Virus record (IMG/VR): IMGVR_UViG_3300032330_000011
Span: 1 to 25,072 of that record
Source of the DNA: a virus
Taxonomy: Duplodnaviria > Caudoviricetes
Strand: one strand, 5' to 3'
DNA length: 25,072 nt
Numbering within the stretch: position 1 is the stretch's first letter; each line of letters opens with the position of its first letter. The notes under the pieces are model-generated. The model saw only the letters and a list, made by a program, of their open reading frames with translations. It was not told where the DNA came from and ran no database searches. Shown in pieces: positions 1-9,917 of the stretch. The translations under genes and the position numbers were made by a program.

Positions 1-159
1 GTGCATTTTGCTGGTCGTGCAAGCGATAAGGAAATCGGTTTGTCAATGCGTGTTGTGCGTCAGTACACCATCAACAATGACTCCATTCCCACACGTTTGG
101 ACGTTCTCTATGGTTGGGCCCCACTCTACCCAGAGTTGGCTTGCCGAGTAGCAGCCTAA
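1..159 (+). CDS. Major capsid (P22 coat-like) protein, C-terminal fragment (5' truncated)
   Basis: Frame 1 reads VHFAGRASDKEIGLSMRVVRQYTINNDSIPTRLDVLYGWAPLYPELACRVAA*. The ending 'RLDVLYGW..L.PE.ACR' resembles P22 gp5-type coat proteins; not in the ORF track. Confidence 0.85.
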   Translation: MHFAGRASDKEIGLSMRVVRQYTINNDSIPTRLDVLYGWAPLYPELACRVAA

Positions 160-166
160 TGGTCTA

Positions 167-187
167 GGGAGGGCTAAACACCCTCCC
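167..187 (+). promoter_or_regulatory. GC-rich hairpin directly after the capsid gene (mRNA stabiliser or weak terminator)
   Basis: GGGAGGG-ctaaaca-CCCTCCC, a perfect 7 bp stem with no good U tract after it. Confidence 0.6.
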
Positions 188-217
188 GTTCTAAACTTTA
201 TTTAAGGAATACATATC

Positions 218-649
218 ATGGCAAATCCAGGCCCAGCAAGTACCACAACGATTCACCCATCGAATCTGGCTACAAACCAAGCAATTCGTTTGTTGGCTTA
301 CGCAAGCGCTGTTCCAATCAGCCAAACGGGTGATGCTTCTGTAACTCTCCCTGTTAACAACACCACAAGCTATGCTGTGACCAATGTTGCTATCACCAAC
401 GCTAACAAAGACGTTAGCAGCGGTGCTTTGGCAATCTGGACTGGTGTTAACGGTACAGGCACAGAAATCGTTACCAACGCTGCTTTGACAGGCAACACTT
501 CTTCAGCTTATGTGACCAACTCAACTGTTGTGTCCGCAACTAAGAACGCAAACTTGTCAGCACAGACCCTGTATGTGAAAGTTGGCACAGCCGTTTCTGG
601 CGGTACTGTTGACATTTTCGTTTACGGTTACGACTTCTCCGAGTTTTAA
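218..649 (+). CDS. Putative virion structural protein (capsid decoration/cement candidate)
   Basis: 143 aa, Ala/Thr/Val-rich; AAGGA RBS; directly downstream of capsid; followed by a terminator. Confidence 0.7.
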   Translation: MANPGPASTTTIHPSNLATNQAIRLLAYASAVPISQTGDASVTLPVNNTTSYAVTNVAITNANKDVSSGALAIWTGVNGTGTEIVTNAALTGNTSSAYVTNSTVVSATKNANLSAQTLYVKVGTAVSGGTVDIFVYGYDFSEF

Positions 650-664
650 TCGGGGATAAAAGAG

Positions 665-701
665 AAGAAAGCCACTCTGTCAAAGGGGTGGCTTTTTCTT
701 T
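665..701 (+). terminator. Rho-independent terminator (possibly bidirectional)
   Basis: AAAGCCACTCT-gtcaaa-GGGGTGGCTTT then TTCTTT; A-rich 5' flank. Confidence 0.85.
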
Positions 702-741
702 ATTTACCGTTACAATTTAATCATTCTCTAAAGGAATCATC

Positions 742-1068
742 ATGGCTCTCCAAACGACTATTTTGCGCGGGAACATTTCCAACGCATTCGTTATGGGTGT
801 GACTTTTACAGCCACAACCGTTGCCACTTCTGGCGCTTCTAAGACTGTTACCGTTGCTGGCCTGAAGGTCGGTGATGCAGTTCAAGTGTCTCTCCCCGCT
901 GCTCAAACAACTGGTGTTGGCATTGCCAATGCTTACGTTTCTGCCGCTGACACTTTGATTGTTCAGTTCACCAATGCAACAGGCTCTAGCGCTTCTGCTG
1001 CCGCTGGTACATATACCGTGGTTGTGAATCGCCCAGAGTATTTGCCCCTTGATTCAAACGCTGTTTAA
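742..1068 (+). CDS. Putative small virion structural protein
   Basis: 108 aa, Ala/Thr/Val-rich; AAGGA RBS; late-gene context. Confidence 0.7.
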   Translation: MALQTTILRGNISNAFVMGVTFTATTVATSGASKTVTVAGLKVGDAVQVSLPAAQTTGVGIANAYVSAADTLIVQFTNATGSSASAAAGTYTVVVNRPEYLPLDSNAV

Positions 1069-1070
1069 TC

Positions 1071-1418
1071 ATGGCTAATACATCAGTATTGCGTCAAGCT
1101 GGTGTCACCTACGCACAATCGGTAGGTGCTACATCCACATCTGCGCTTCTGATCGAGGACAGCACCAATGACCAGGTTAACTATGCTTCTTTCCTCAACA
1201 CGGGTTCTACCAATGTTGCTGTGAAAATGGGCGATGCTAACGTGGGCGCTGCGGTGTTGCCTGTCAGCGGTTCTACAACAGGCGATTTTGTATTGCCAGC
1301 CAATATGACTGTTCCAATGGTTTTGGCTTGCCCTACAACGCCTTTTTACGTTCGCATGATTGGTTCGGCTGCTGGCCCATCCATCGTTTATGTGACAGCT
1401 ACGGCTGACCAATCCTAA
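1071..1418 (+). CDS. Putative small virion structural protein
   Basis: 115 aa; starts 2 nt after the previous stop; same composition. Confidence 0.65.
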   Translation: MANTSVLRQAGVTYAQSVGATSTSALLIEDSTNDQVNYASFLNTGSTNVAVKMGDANVGAAVLPVSGSTTGDFVLPANMTVPMVLACPTTPFYVRMIGSAAGPSIVYVTATADQS

Positions 1419-1426
1419 GAGGCAAT

Positions 1427-3556
1427 ATGTCTGACCCTGCACAAACCATAGATCAAAACATTTTGCCTGTCCAGGCGCTGTTTAATCTTGATAACACGTT
1501 TAACACGTTTATTGGGCAGGGTCAGCCATTCACGGCTACTATAAGCCCAGATCAGTCTGGTCTAAACATTACAAGCAGCACAATCAATAGCACGACTATT
1601 GGTTTGACAACACCAGCAGCTGCGGCATTTACGACTGCCACAGTATCAACCGCGCCAACAAGCGGAAACGATGTTGTCAATAAAACATATCTTGATTATT
1701 TTGCAGCTGGTTTGTCCTGGAAACAACCAGTTCTGTGCGCTTCAACCGTCAGCATTACTTTGTCAGGTTTGCAAGCCCTTGATGGCGTTACGGTGGCTGC
1801 TGGTGATCGTGTCCTGGTTAAAAATCAAGCCACAGCGTCCCAAAACGGCATTTATTTGGCCTCTGCATCTGCTTGGACAAGAGCGCCTGACGCTGATGCC
1901 TGGACAGATTTAATTTCTGCAATTTGCTTTGTGGAGACTGGCAGCACTTTGTCTGGCTCTGCCTGGTACTGTACTGCTCAACCAGGCGGCACATTAGGCA
2001 CTACGGCTGTCAATTGGTCTAATTTCTCTGTGGCAACAACGTACACAGCGGGAACTGGCCTCACATTGGCTGGTAATGCGTTTAGCATCACAAACACGGG
2101 CGTGACTGCTGCGGCTTATGGTTCGGCCTCTAAGACTTTGACAGCGACGGTCAATGCCCAAGGTCAGCTGACTGTCCTGGCTGCGACTGATATTGCAATT
2201 GCCAACACTCAGGTTTCTGGCCTGGGAACAATGTCCACTCAGAACGCCAGTTCTGTGGCAATTACGGGTGGCACGCTGAACGCTGTGACGATTGGTGGAA
2301 CGACTGCGGGTGCTATTACTGGCACGACAATCACCGCTAACACTCAATTTACAGGCCCAGGAACGGGTCTTACAGGCACAGCAAGCAGTTTGTCAATTGG
2401 TGGCAGCGCAGGGTCAGCAACAACAGCCACAAACTTGGCTGGCGGTGCTTCTGGCTCAATCCCGTATCAGTCTGCAAGTGGCACAACAGCAATGTTGGCA
2501 AGCGGCACAGGCGTTCTGGTGGGTGGTGCGACTCCATCCTACTCAACAACTCCAACGTTGACTGGCACTAACTTTTCAGGCATTCCAAACGCTGCTTTGA
2601 ACAATTCAAGCATTACTTTGGGATCAACAGCGGTTAGCCTGGGTGCAACGGCATCATCTGTGACTGCTTTGACATTGGCGAACCCAACAGTTTCTAATTA
2701 CGAAGATTGGACTGCCTCTGCCGCACCATCCTACACAGAAGGACGTTTGTGGTATGACTCAACACAAAAAGCATTAACTTATAACAGCGATATTTCTGGC
2801 AATTCGTTGCACATTGGTCAAGAAACACAATTAAAAGTTCGTAACGGTACAGGCTCAACAATTGCCAAAGGTGCGCCTGTTTACATTACATCAACTTCTA
2901 GCGGTCAGACTTTTCCAAATGTTGCATTGGCAAAAGCTGATACATTGACAACTGGTAATTGCATTGGTTTGGCAAATGAAGCAATTGCAAGTGGTGCTGA
3001 CGGTTATGTTGTTATTAACGGTATTTTGAACGGTGTTAACACAGGCACATTTACCGTTGGCGACATTCTTTATGTCAGCCCATATTCTGCTGGTCAATTG
3101 ATGAATACATATCCCCCTACTGGTTATCCAGTTCGGATTGGTGTTGTGTCTTATGTCAATAGTTCAACAGGCAGTATTTACATTAACCAATCAAATTCTT
3201 TTGTCCAGGCCGCTTCAATTGTTGGTACTGTGGCAATTGCAAATGGCGGTACAAATGGATCGGCTACTCCGACAGCGGGTGCTGTGCCTTACGGTACAGG
3301 AACGGCTTATGCGTTTACAGCTGCGGGAACTTCTGGTCAAGTTTTACAGTCAAATGGCGCAAGCGCACCCACATGGGTAACACCTACATCTGGTGTAACA
3401 ATTTCTGACGATACAACAACAAACGCAACACGTTATTTGGTGTTTACAAGTGCCACATCAGGCTCTGTTACAACGCAAAACGTGAGTTCCACTAAACTTA
3501 AATACAACCCAAGCACAGGCGCATTTACCGCCAATCAGCTAATCATTGCACCGTAA
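1427..3556 (+). CDS. Tail/virion fibre protein
   Basis: 709 aa, Thr/Ser/Gly/Ala-rich; fibre-type segments (KTYLDY..GLSWK, DGVTVAAGDRVLVKNQ..QNGIY, GQVLQSNG..PTW); GAGG RBS. Confidence 0.75.
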   Translation: MSDPAQTIDQNILPVQALFNLDNTFNTFIGQGQPFTATISPDQSGLNITSSTINSTTIGLTTPAAAAFTTATVSTAPTSGNDVVNKTYLDYFAAGLSWKQPVLCASTVSITLSGLQALDGVTVAAGDRVLVKNQATASQNGIYLASASAWTRAPDADAWTDLISAICFVETGSTLSGSAWYCTAQPGGTLGTTAVNWSNFSVATTYTAGTGLTLAGNAFSITNTGVTAAAYGSASKTLTATVNAQGQLTVLAATDIAIANTQVSGLGTMSTQNASSVAITGGTLNAVTIGGTTAGAITGTTITANTQFTGPGTGLTGTASSLSIGGSAGSATTATNLAGGASGSIPYQSASGTTAMLASGTGVLVGGATPSYSTTPTLTGTNFSGIPNAALNNSSITLGSTAVSLGATASSVTALTLANPTVSNYEDWTASAAPSYTEGRLWYDSTQKALTYNSDISGNSLHIGQETQLKVRNGTGSTIAKGAPVYITSTSSGQTFPNVALAKADTLTTGNCIGLANEAIASGADGYVVINGILNGVNTGTFTVGDILYVSPYSAGQLMNTYPPTGYPVRIGVVSYVNSSTGSIYINQSNSFVQAASIVGTVAIANGGTNGSATPTAGAVPYGTGTAYAFTAAGTSGQVLQSNGASAPTWVTPTSGVTISDDTTTNATRYLVFTSATSGSVTTQNVSSTKLKYNPSTGAFTANQLIIAP

Positions 3557-3565
3557 AGGAAAATC

Positions 3566-4201
3566 ATGGGACAGTTAACTTTTCAAGCAACATTGGGTGG
3601 CGCAGTCAATTTGGCTGGCCCTAATACTGCCTCGACAACTACCTTTACATTGCCAGCTGCTGATGGCACAACTGGTCAATTTCTCCAAACCAATGGTAGT
3701 GGGACGCTAAGTTTTGCCACTCCTACGGCTGGTGCGTCAACGTCTGCGGCTAACACTTGGACAGCCACACAGACTTTTAACGGCACTTCTAGCACGTTTG
3801 GTACTGTCCTATTGGACTCTGCCGAAACGGTCAATGTGGTAGGTTCTGCGCCCTCTGCTACAACCAATCTATATGTCCAGTCTGGCTCTGTTCAATATTA
3901 CACAAGCAATGCGGCTAACAACTTTGTTGTGAACTTGGCATTCTCTAGCGGTACTTCCATGAATACCGCTTTGTCAACAAACCAGTCTGTGACTGCGGCT
4001 TTGGTAACAACACAGGGTTCTACTGCTTATTACGCAACTTCTGTCCAAGTGGATGGAACAACATCTGGCGTGACAACACGTTGGATTGGTGGCGCACCAA
4101 CAGCGGGCAATGCTTCTGGTTTGGACGTTTACCGCTTTGCTGTTATTAAAGTTTCATCAGGAACATATACTGTTCTTGCATCTTTAACTCAATACAAATA
4201 A
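3566..4201 (+). CDS. Short fibre-associated protein
   Basis: 211 aa; TFTLPAADGTTGQFLQTNGSGTLSF fibre-like repeat; AAGGA RBS. Confidence 0.65.
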   Translation: MGQLTFQATLGGAVNLAGPNTASTTTFTLPAADGTTGQFLQTNGSGTLSFATPTAGASTSAANTWTATQTFNGTSSTFGTVLLDSAETVNVVGSAPSATTNLYVQSGSVQYYTSNAANNFVVNLAFSSGTSMNTALSTNQSVTAALVTTQGSTAYYATSVQVDGTTSGVTTRWIGGAPTAGNASGLDVYRFAVIKVSSGTYTVLASLTQYK

Positions 4202-4203
4202 TC

Positions 4204-4878
4204 ATGTGTATCTGCAAGAAATGTAGCGTTGATAAACAATTGGATGAGTTCCAGTTGGATAAAAAGCGCAACAAACATTACACAACTTGCAGGGCTTGCC
4301 GTGTGCAAGCTGACCGTGAACGCAGACAAGCTAATCCTGAAAAGTATCGGGAATACACACGCAACTACCTTAAAGAATGGCGTGTTAAAAATCCTGAAAA
4401 GCAATCGGCTATTGACCAACGTTATCATGCAAAAAACGCTGAACAACGTTGTGCAAAAGCTAAAGCATGGCGTGAAGCCAACCCAGACCGATGTGCTGAA
4501 AATGCAAAATCATGGGCGCAACGGAATCCAGAAAAAGTTAAAGAGTCAGCAATAAAAGGTGGACGCAAATATCGGGAAACACATCCTGAGTATCAAACCA
4601 CTTTTTATAAAGCCAACAAACAGCGTTATGTTGCGGCAAGGGCTAGACGTAGGGCGGCACAGGAATCTGCTACACCAACATGGTTAACTGCAATTGATAA
4701 AGCTATGATTCAAGAAATGTATGATGTTTCTGAAGCAAGATTTATTCAAACTGGCGTAAAACACCATGTTGACCATATTGTCCCAATTAACGGCAAGAAT
4801 GTGTCAGGAATGCACGTTCCTTGGAATTTACAAGTTATAACTGCTCATGAGAATTTGAGCAAAGGATGGAGATTCTAA
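4204..4878 (+). mobile_element. Free-standing HNH (homing) endonuclease gene
   Basis: N-terminal CKKC..CRAC Zn motif, basic helical repeats, C-terminal HHVDHIVP...GMHVPWNLQVITAHENLSKG HNH motif; composition unlike flanking structural genes. Confidence 0.85.
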
Positions 4879-6830
4879 TGCCATTACAACAGACTTTTGG
4901 CAACGTCACGGCAGACGCTTATGGCGGTGGTGTAGCCGCTGTTCCTAACTACATTGAGGATGTGTTTAGCACATACCTTTACACAGGCACAGGTTCTGCA
5001 ATTACTATTAACAATGGCATTGATTTATCTACAAAAGGTGGATTGGTTTGGATTAAAAATAGGACTGGCGCTCAAAGTCATAACTTATATGACACAGCAA
5101 GAGGCAGAGCATATAGATTGGCATCGCAATCAACTGCGGCTCAAACAGGGCCATCAGGTTCTACTAATGATTTAACTTCATTTAACACAAATGGTTTTTC
5201 TCTTGGTACTGAGCAATATTCAAATACAAACGATTCAGCCTTTACCTACGCCTCATGGACATTCCGCAAGCAACCAAAGTTCTTTGATGTTGTGACTTTT
5301 ACCGCAGGGACAAGTACAAACCAAAGAATTTCACATAGTTTAGGAAGCGTTCCGGGTTGCATCATTATTAAATGCACATCTACAACAAGTGGCTGGTATG
5401 TTTACCATAGGTCTTTAGGTAGAAGCCAATATGTGCGACTGAACGCAACATCTAACGCAGTTTCATCTACAGACATTTGGGGAACTTCAGACCCAACATC
5501 AACAGATTTTGGTGTTAATGCGCCATCACTTCTTGAGGGGGCAGGAACTACCTATGTAGCTTATGTGTTCGCCCACAACGCAGGAGGCTTTGGTCTGACT
5601 GGTACAGACAATGTGATTTCGTGTGGGTCTTATACAGGCGGCTCTATTCCTAACGCAAAGACGCTTGGCTATGAACCACAATGGATTATGGTCAAGCGCA
5701 CAGATAGCACAGGTAACTGGGTTGTGTTTGACAATATGCGTGGAATGTCGGCTTCATCTTCGTCTGCTAGTTATTTGTACCCAAACCTTTCTGATGCCGA
5801 AAGTTCTGGCTCCAATGGTATTGGTGCGACTGCAACGGGATTTGAGTTTTATGGAACCAATTCAGACATCAACTCAACCACACCCGGAACCTACATCTAC
5901 ATAGCCATTCGTAGAGGCCCGATGAAAGTGCCTACGGATGGGACTAAGGTGTTTGCGCCTGTGACATACACGGGTACTGGTTCTTCTTCTACGCAAGTTG
6001 TAACAACTTTTGCACCTGATATGGTATGGCCTAAAAACAGAGGGGGTAGCGATAGTTATGCTTGGACTCGTTTGCAAGGTTTAAATGGTCTTGTAATGTC
6101 GGACACATCTGCTGAAGCCGCTTTGACCAACAGACTAACAAGCTGGAATCAGACGGGTATTACTTTAGGAACAGCACAGCCAAACAATTCTGGCGATTCA
6201 TATATTCTTGAAGGATTTAAACGTGCCCCTAGCTTCTTTGATGAGGTTTGCTATACAGGGACTGGGGCAAACAGGACTGTGTCGCATAACTTGGCAGCAG
6301 TGCCTGAGTTGATGATTATTAAAGATAGGTCTGTTGGCGAAGATTGGACAATCTATAGCCAAACTTTAGCAACAAACCAAGCTTTGAAATTTACGACAGC
6401 AGCAAGAGAACAATTATCAAATTACTGGAACACAACACGCCCAACAAGTTCTGTGTTTTCAGTCGGCGATTACGCAGGGGTTAATTCTTCGGGCGATAAC
6501 TATGTCGCCTACCTATTTGCCACTTGTGCAGGGGTCAGTAAGGTGGGAAGTTACACAGGCAATGGCACAACACAAACCATTAACTGTGGATTTACAGGCG
6601 GTAGTCGGCTAGTTTTAATTAAACGCACAGACAGCACAGGGAATTGGGTAATTTGGGACACCGCACGAGGCATGGTAAGTGGTACTGATCCACGTTTAGA
6701 ATTAAATACAACAAATGCAGAGACAAACGCTAACTGGGTTTACACCACAACAGGCGGTTTCCAAATCGTCACTAGTGATGCAAACGTAAACGCCTCGGGT
6801 GGTTCGTACATTTATTTTTCTGTGGCCTAG
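4878..6830 (+). CDS. Repeat-domain virion protein (putative receptor-binding/fibre tip)
   Basis: Likely start ATG 4878 (TAATG overlap with the HNH stop, GGAG upstream) rather than 4866; about six ~100 aa repeats beginning Y/F-T-G/A with W/I-I/V-K-x-R-like motifs. Confidence 0.7.
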   Translation: MPLQQTFGNVTADAYGGGVAAVPNYIEDVFSTYLYTGTGSAITINNGIDLSTKGGLVWIKNRTGAQSHNLYDTARGRAYRLASQSTAAQTGPSGSTNDLTSFNTNGFSLGTEQYSNTNDSAFTYASWTFRKQPKFFDVVTFTAGTSTNQRISHSLGSVPGCIIIKCTSTTSGWYVYHRSLGRSQYVRLNATSNAVSSTDIWGTSDPTSTDFGVNAPSLLEGAGTTYVAYVFAHNAGGFGLTGTDNVISCGSYTGGSIPNAKTLGYEPQWIMVKRTDSTGNWVVFDNMRGMSASSSSASYLYPNLSDAESSGSNGIGATATGFEFYGTNSDINSTTPGTYIYIAIRRGPMKVPTDGTKVFAPVTYTGTGSSSTQVVTTFAPDMVWPKNRGGSDSYAWTRLQGLNGLVMSDTSAEAALTNRLTSWNQTGITLGTAQPNNSGDSYILEGFKRAPSFFDEVCYTGTGANRTVSHNLAAVPELMIIKDRSVGEDWTIYSQTLATNQALKFTTAAREQLSNYWNTTRPTSSVFSVGDYAGVNSSGDNYVAYLFATCAGVSKVGSYTGNGTTQTINCGFTGGSRLVLIKRTDSTGNWVIWDTARGMVSGTDPRLELNTTNAETNANWVYTTTGGFQIVTSDANVNASGGSYIYFSVA

Positions 6831-6832
6831 AC

Positions 6833-7492
6833 ATGAACAGCGGAATATATCAAATTAAAAATAATGTCAGTAATGGCGTATATTTTGGTCGTTCTATTGA
6901 TGTAGCGGATAGGTTGTCGCACCACAAACAACAATTAAAACGCAATGTTCATGTTAACAAGCGTTTGCAACATTCATGGAATAAACATGGTGAGCAAGCG
7001 TTTGAGTTCAAAATGGTTTGGGAAGAAACGCCAGACAAGTTAGAAGAATTAGAAGGTTTTATTCTTGAGACTGTTTGGGGCAATGAACGGCTATTTAATC
7101 ACCACAAGTTATCTGCTGGTGGCTTTATGCCTAACAACAAATTAGGTTGTTTTCCAAGGTCAGAAGAAACTAAAAAGAAAATGAGTGTTGCGTTTAAAGG
7201 CCGTGAGTTTTCTGAGCAACATAAACATAAGATTGCTGTTGGGAAAATTGGTTTAAAAGCAAGTGACAAAACTAAAGAGAAAATGTCAGACGCAAGGATT
7301 GGCAAGGCAAGGCCACAATCATGGCATGACAAAATAGCTAAATATAGGGAAAACAATCCAAACCCTATGCAAGGCAAGATTAGCCCTATGAGAGGTAAAA
7401 AATTCCCTACTATTGCTTGTGAGCATTGCGGTAAGGAAGCCTCAAAAGGAAATTACTTACGTTGGCATGGAAATAATTGTAGGAGCAAATAA
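6833..7492 (+). mobile_element. Free-standing GIY-YIG homing endonuclease gene with NUMOD3-like repeats
   Basis: SGIYQIKN..GVYFGRS..RL..H catalytic N-terminus; SEETKKKMS / SEQHKHKIA / SDKTKEKMS repeats; C-terminal CEHC..H..NC. Confidence 0.88.
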
Positions 7493-7989
7493 TGCAAATC
7501 AGAATTCGTGAAACAGGACAAGTTATGTACGAGAGTGAATTTCGTGCATACACAAAAGCCAATGGAGGCCCATCATGGGAAACAACAACAACTGAAGTCT
7601 TGGAGGCTCTGGGTGCTGATGTAGTCTTGGAAGGCCCACAAGCAACTGGTGGAACTGTTTACCAATATTCTCAACGTGATGGCGTTGAGCAAATTGACGG
7701 TAAATGGTTCACAAAGTATGTGCTTGGCCCTGTCTTTGCCGACACAACTGTTGATGGTGTGACAACCACAGCCGCAGAACATGAAGCCGCCTACAAAGCC
7801 ATCAAGGATGCTGAACAAGCCTCCGCTGTGCGTCAAAGCCGTAGCGACAGATTGGCAGACTGCGATTGGACACAAGTGGCTGACAGCCCTGTTGACAAAG
7901 CTGTTTGGGCAACATACCGTCAAGCCTTGCGTGACATCACCACTCAAGACGGTTTCCCTTGGAATGTGACATGGCCTGATTCACCATGA
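7492..7989 (+). CDS. Tail fibre assembly chaperone-like protein
   Basis: C-terminal R..RL..CDWTQ..D....WATYRQALRDIT.Q.GFP..V.WP signature; AGGAG RBS. Confidence 0.8.
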   Translation: MQIRIRETGQVMYESEFRAYTKANGGPSWETTTTEVLEALGADVVLEGPQATGGTVYQYSQRDGVEQIDGKWFTKYVLGPVFADTTVDGVTTTAAEHEAAYKAIKDAEQASAVRQSRSDRLADCDWTQVADSPVDKAVWATYRQALRDITTQDGFPWNVTWPDSP

Positions 7990-8297
7990 GATTTGTTTGG
8001 AAAATCTCAGAATTGAAAGGTGATGCCAAAGCCATATTACAGGCTAAGTATCACGTTTCATTGATTGAAGATGATCTGAGAATTGAAACTGAAGGATATT
8101 GGGACTTTGACCCTACAAAGGCGACAATCCCAACATCCCAAGTGACAGAGGAAATGGTTGCAAATTGGATTGATGAAGGCACTACCCAAGACGGTGTAAG
8201 TAGCATAAAATCAAGGCTATTAGAGCAGCTTGAATCGGTCAAAAAACAGCAAGAAATTGCGTTGCCTTGGAAGCCGCCTACATTTAAATTAAGTTAA
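7986..8297 (+). CDS. Hypothetical phage protein (fibre-module associated)
   Basis: 103 aa; ATGA overlap with the upstream gene. Confidence 0.65.
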   Translation: MRFVWKISELKGDAKAILQAKYHVSLIEDDLRIETEGYWDFDPTKATIPTSQVTEEMVANWIDEGTTQDGVSSIKSRLLEQLESVKKQQEIALPWKPPTFKLS

Positions 8298-8306
8298 GGA
8301 ATCACT

Positions 8307-9287
8307 ATGGCTGTGCCTTATGACATTGTTAGCAGAGCGCTAAAGGACATTGGTGCATTGGAAGCTGGTGAGACTCCTACTCCAGACGCTGCAAGAGATG
8401 CGTTTGAGATGATGAATGACATGATTGACCAATGGTCAAACGAAAACATGATGGTTTTCAATGTCACAGAAATTATTTGCCCTGTTATCGCTGGTCAAAC
8501 CCAATACACAATTGGCCCTAATCCATCGACTTTAAACTTTATTGGGGCGTCTTTCACAGGCTCAATCACGGGCAACGTTTTAACCGTGACAGGCATCAAT
8601 TCAGGCGCATTGGCCCAAGGTCAGACGCTAAGTGGCACAGGCATCACGCCTGGCACAAAGATTACTCAGTTTTTGACTGGCGCTGGTGGCAACATTAACG
8701 AGACTGGTACATACCAAGTCAACATTTCCCAGACAGTAGCGTCCACAACCATTACTGCTTACTACCAAAAGCCTCTAAACATTGATTCAGCTTTTGTGCG
8801 TGTTAACACCACTTCTAATGGTCAACCAATCACAGGCGGTGGTTTGGACTACCCAATGTCGGTTTTGGCTCTCCAAGACTATGAAATGATTGGCTTGAAA
8901 ACCCTGAACGGCCCTTGGCCTAAAGCGGTTTACTTCAACCCAGGCGCTGATTCTGGTAACTTGTTCATTTGGCCTAGCCCATCACAAGGCGAACTCCACT
9001 TGTTTGCCAATACATTGTTCACACGTTATGACTCAATGTATGAGGACTTACAGCTTCCACAAGGCTACTCAATGGCTCTTAGGTGGTGTTTGGCAGAGCG
9101 TTTGATGCCCATGTATGGCAAAGCCTCTGCAACGCAAATAACGATGATTCAGACGTTTGCGGGTCAAGCTAAAGCTACTCTCAAGCGCACAAATATGTCG
9201 CCATTGCAGACAGCACGTTATCCTGATGCGTTGTTGACGGGTAAAGCGAAAGATGCTGGTTGGATACTTACGGGTGGTTTCCTGTGA
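8307..9287 (+). CDS. P22 gp4-like head-to-tail adaptor with an inserted beta domain
   Basis: N-terminal [16 protein letters not shown]...[13 protein letters not shown] resembles P22 gp4; C-terminal [10 protein letters not shown]; lies upstream of the gp10-like gene. Confidence 0.75.
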   Translation: MAVPYDIVSRALKDIGALEAGETPTPDAARDAFEMMNDMIDQWSNENMMVFNVTEIICPVIAGQTQYTIGPNPSTLNFIGASFTGSITGNVLTVTGINSGALAQGQTLSGTGITPGTKITQFLTGAGGNINETGTYQVNISQTVASTTITAYYQKPLNIDSAFVRVNTTSNGQPITGGGLDYPMSVLALQDYEMIGLKTLNGPWPKAVYFNPGADSGNLFIWPSPSQGELHLFANTLFTRYDSMYEDLQLPQGYSMALRWCLAERLMPMYGKASATQITMIQTFAGQAKATLKRTNMSPLQTARYPDALLTGKAKDAGWILTGGFL

Positions 9288-9295
9288 GTTTTATT

Positions 9296-9304
9296 TGATA
9301 CAAT
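9296..9304 (+). promoter_or_regulatory. Putative extended -10 promoter in front of the third endonuclease
   Basis: TGaTACAAT in the 43 nt gap, 26 nt before ATG 9331. Confidence 0.4.
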
Positions 9305-9330
9305 GTGATTGTTCTTACAAAGGAGCAATC

Positions 9331-9915
9331 ATGGAACGCAAAGAGATAAACGAAAAGCAAAGAGAATGGCGCAAAATTAGACTGGAAAAGAAAGCTAACA
9401 ATATAGCTATCGGCAACCCAGGTCGCCCCTCAAATACACCTGATGTATTGTGGGAAAAAGTAGATGTAAAACAGCCACATGAATGTTGGCTTTGGAAGGG
9501 ATACAAGAATGCAGAAGGATATGGTCGGACATGGATTAATGGCAATGGGTATTACGCTCATCGTGTCATTTTTAATCTTGTCCATCCAAATCTCATTCAG
9601 CTTTCTGCGCCAAAAAGCACGCATGATTCAGGATTTTTACTGCATACTTGCGACAATCCATCATGTTGCAATCCATTGCATTTGTTTATTGGCACACACG
9701 CTGATAACATGGCTGACAAAGTTGCCAAAGGTCGTTCTCCAGATTTTAAAAGTGGTCGAGGCCCAAGGTGCAAACTCACTATGGATCAAGCCAATGAAAT
9801 CCGAGAAAAGCGCAAAAATGGCATATCAGCACGACAGCTTGCAATTGATTATCAAATCAGTTTGCCATCCATTAAAACGCTACTCGCTGGCAAGTCTTAC
9901 GTTCTAAAGGAATAG
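9331..9915 (+). mobile_element. Free-standing HNH homing endonuclease gene with C-terminal HTH
   Basis: Start reassigned to ATG 9331 (AAGGAG RBS). CWLWKG..GYG..AHRV..LHTCDNPSCCNPLHLFIGTHADNMAD motif, then KLTMDQANEIR..SARQLA HTH. Confidence 0.88.
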
Positions 9916-9917
9916 AT

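Noticed and set aside
1427-7989. Diversity-generating retroelement or invertible fibre cassette
   Set aside because: No reverse transcriptase, invertase or near-identical template/variable repeat pair was seen in the window.
4204-9915. Group I introns or inteins housing the endonucleases
   Set aside because: Flanking genes have intact stops and starts with little or no spacer, so there is no room for an intron core, and the ORFs are not in-frame insertions.
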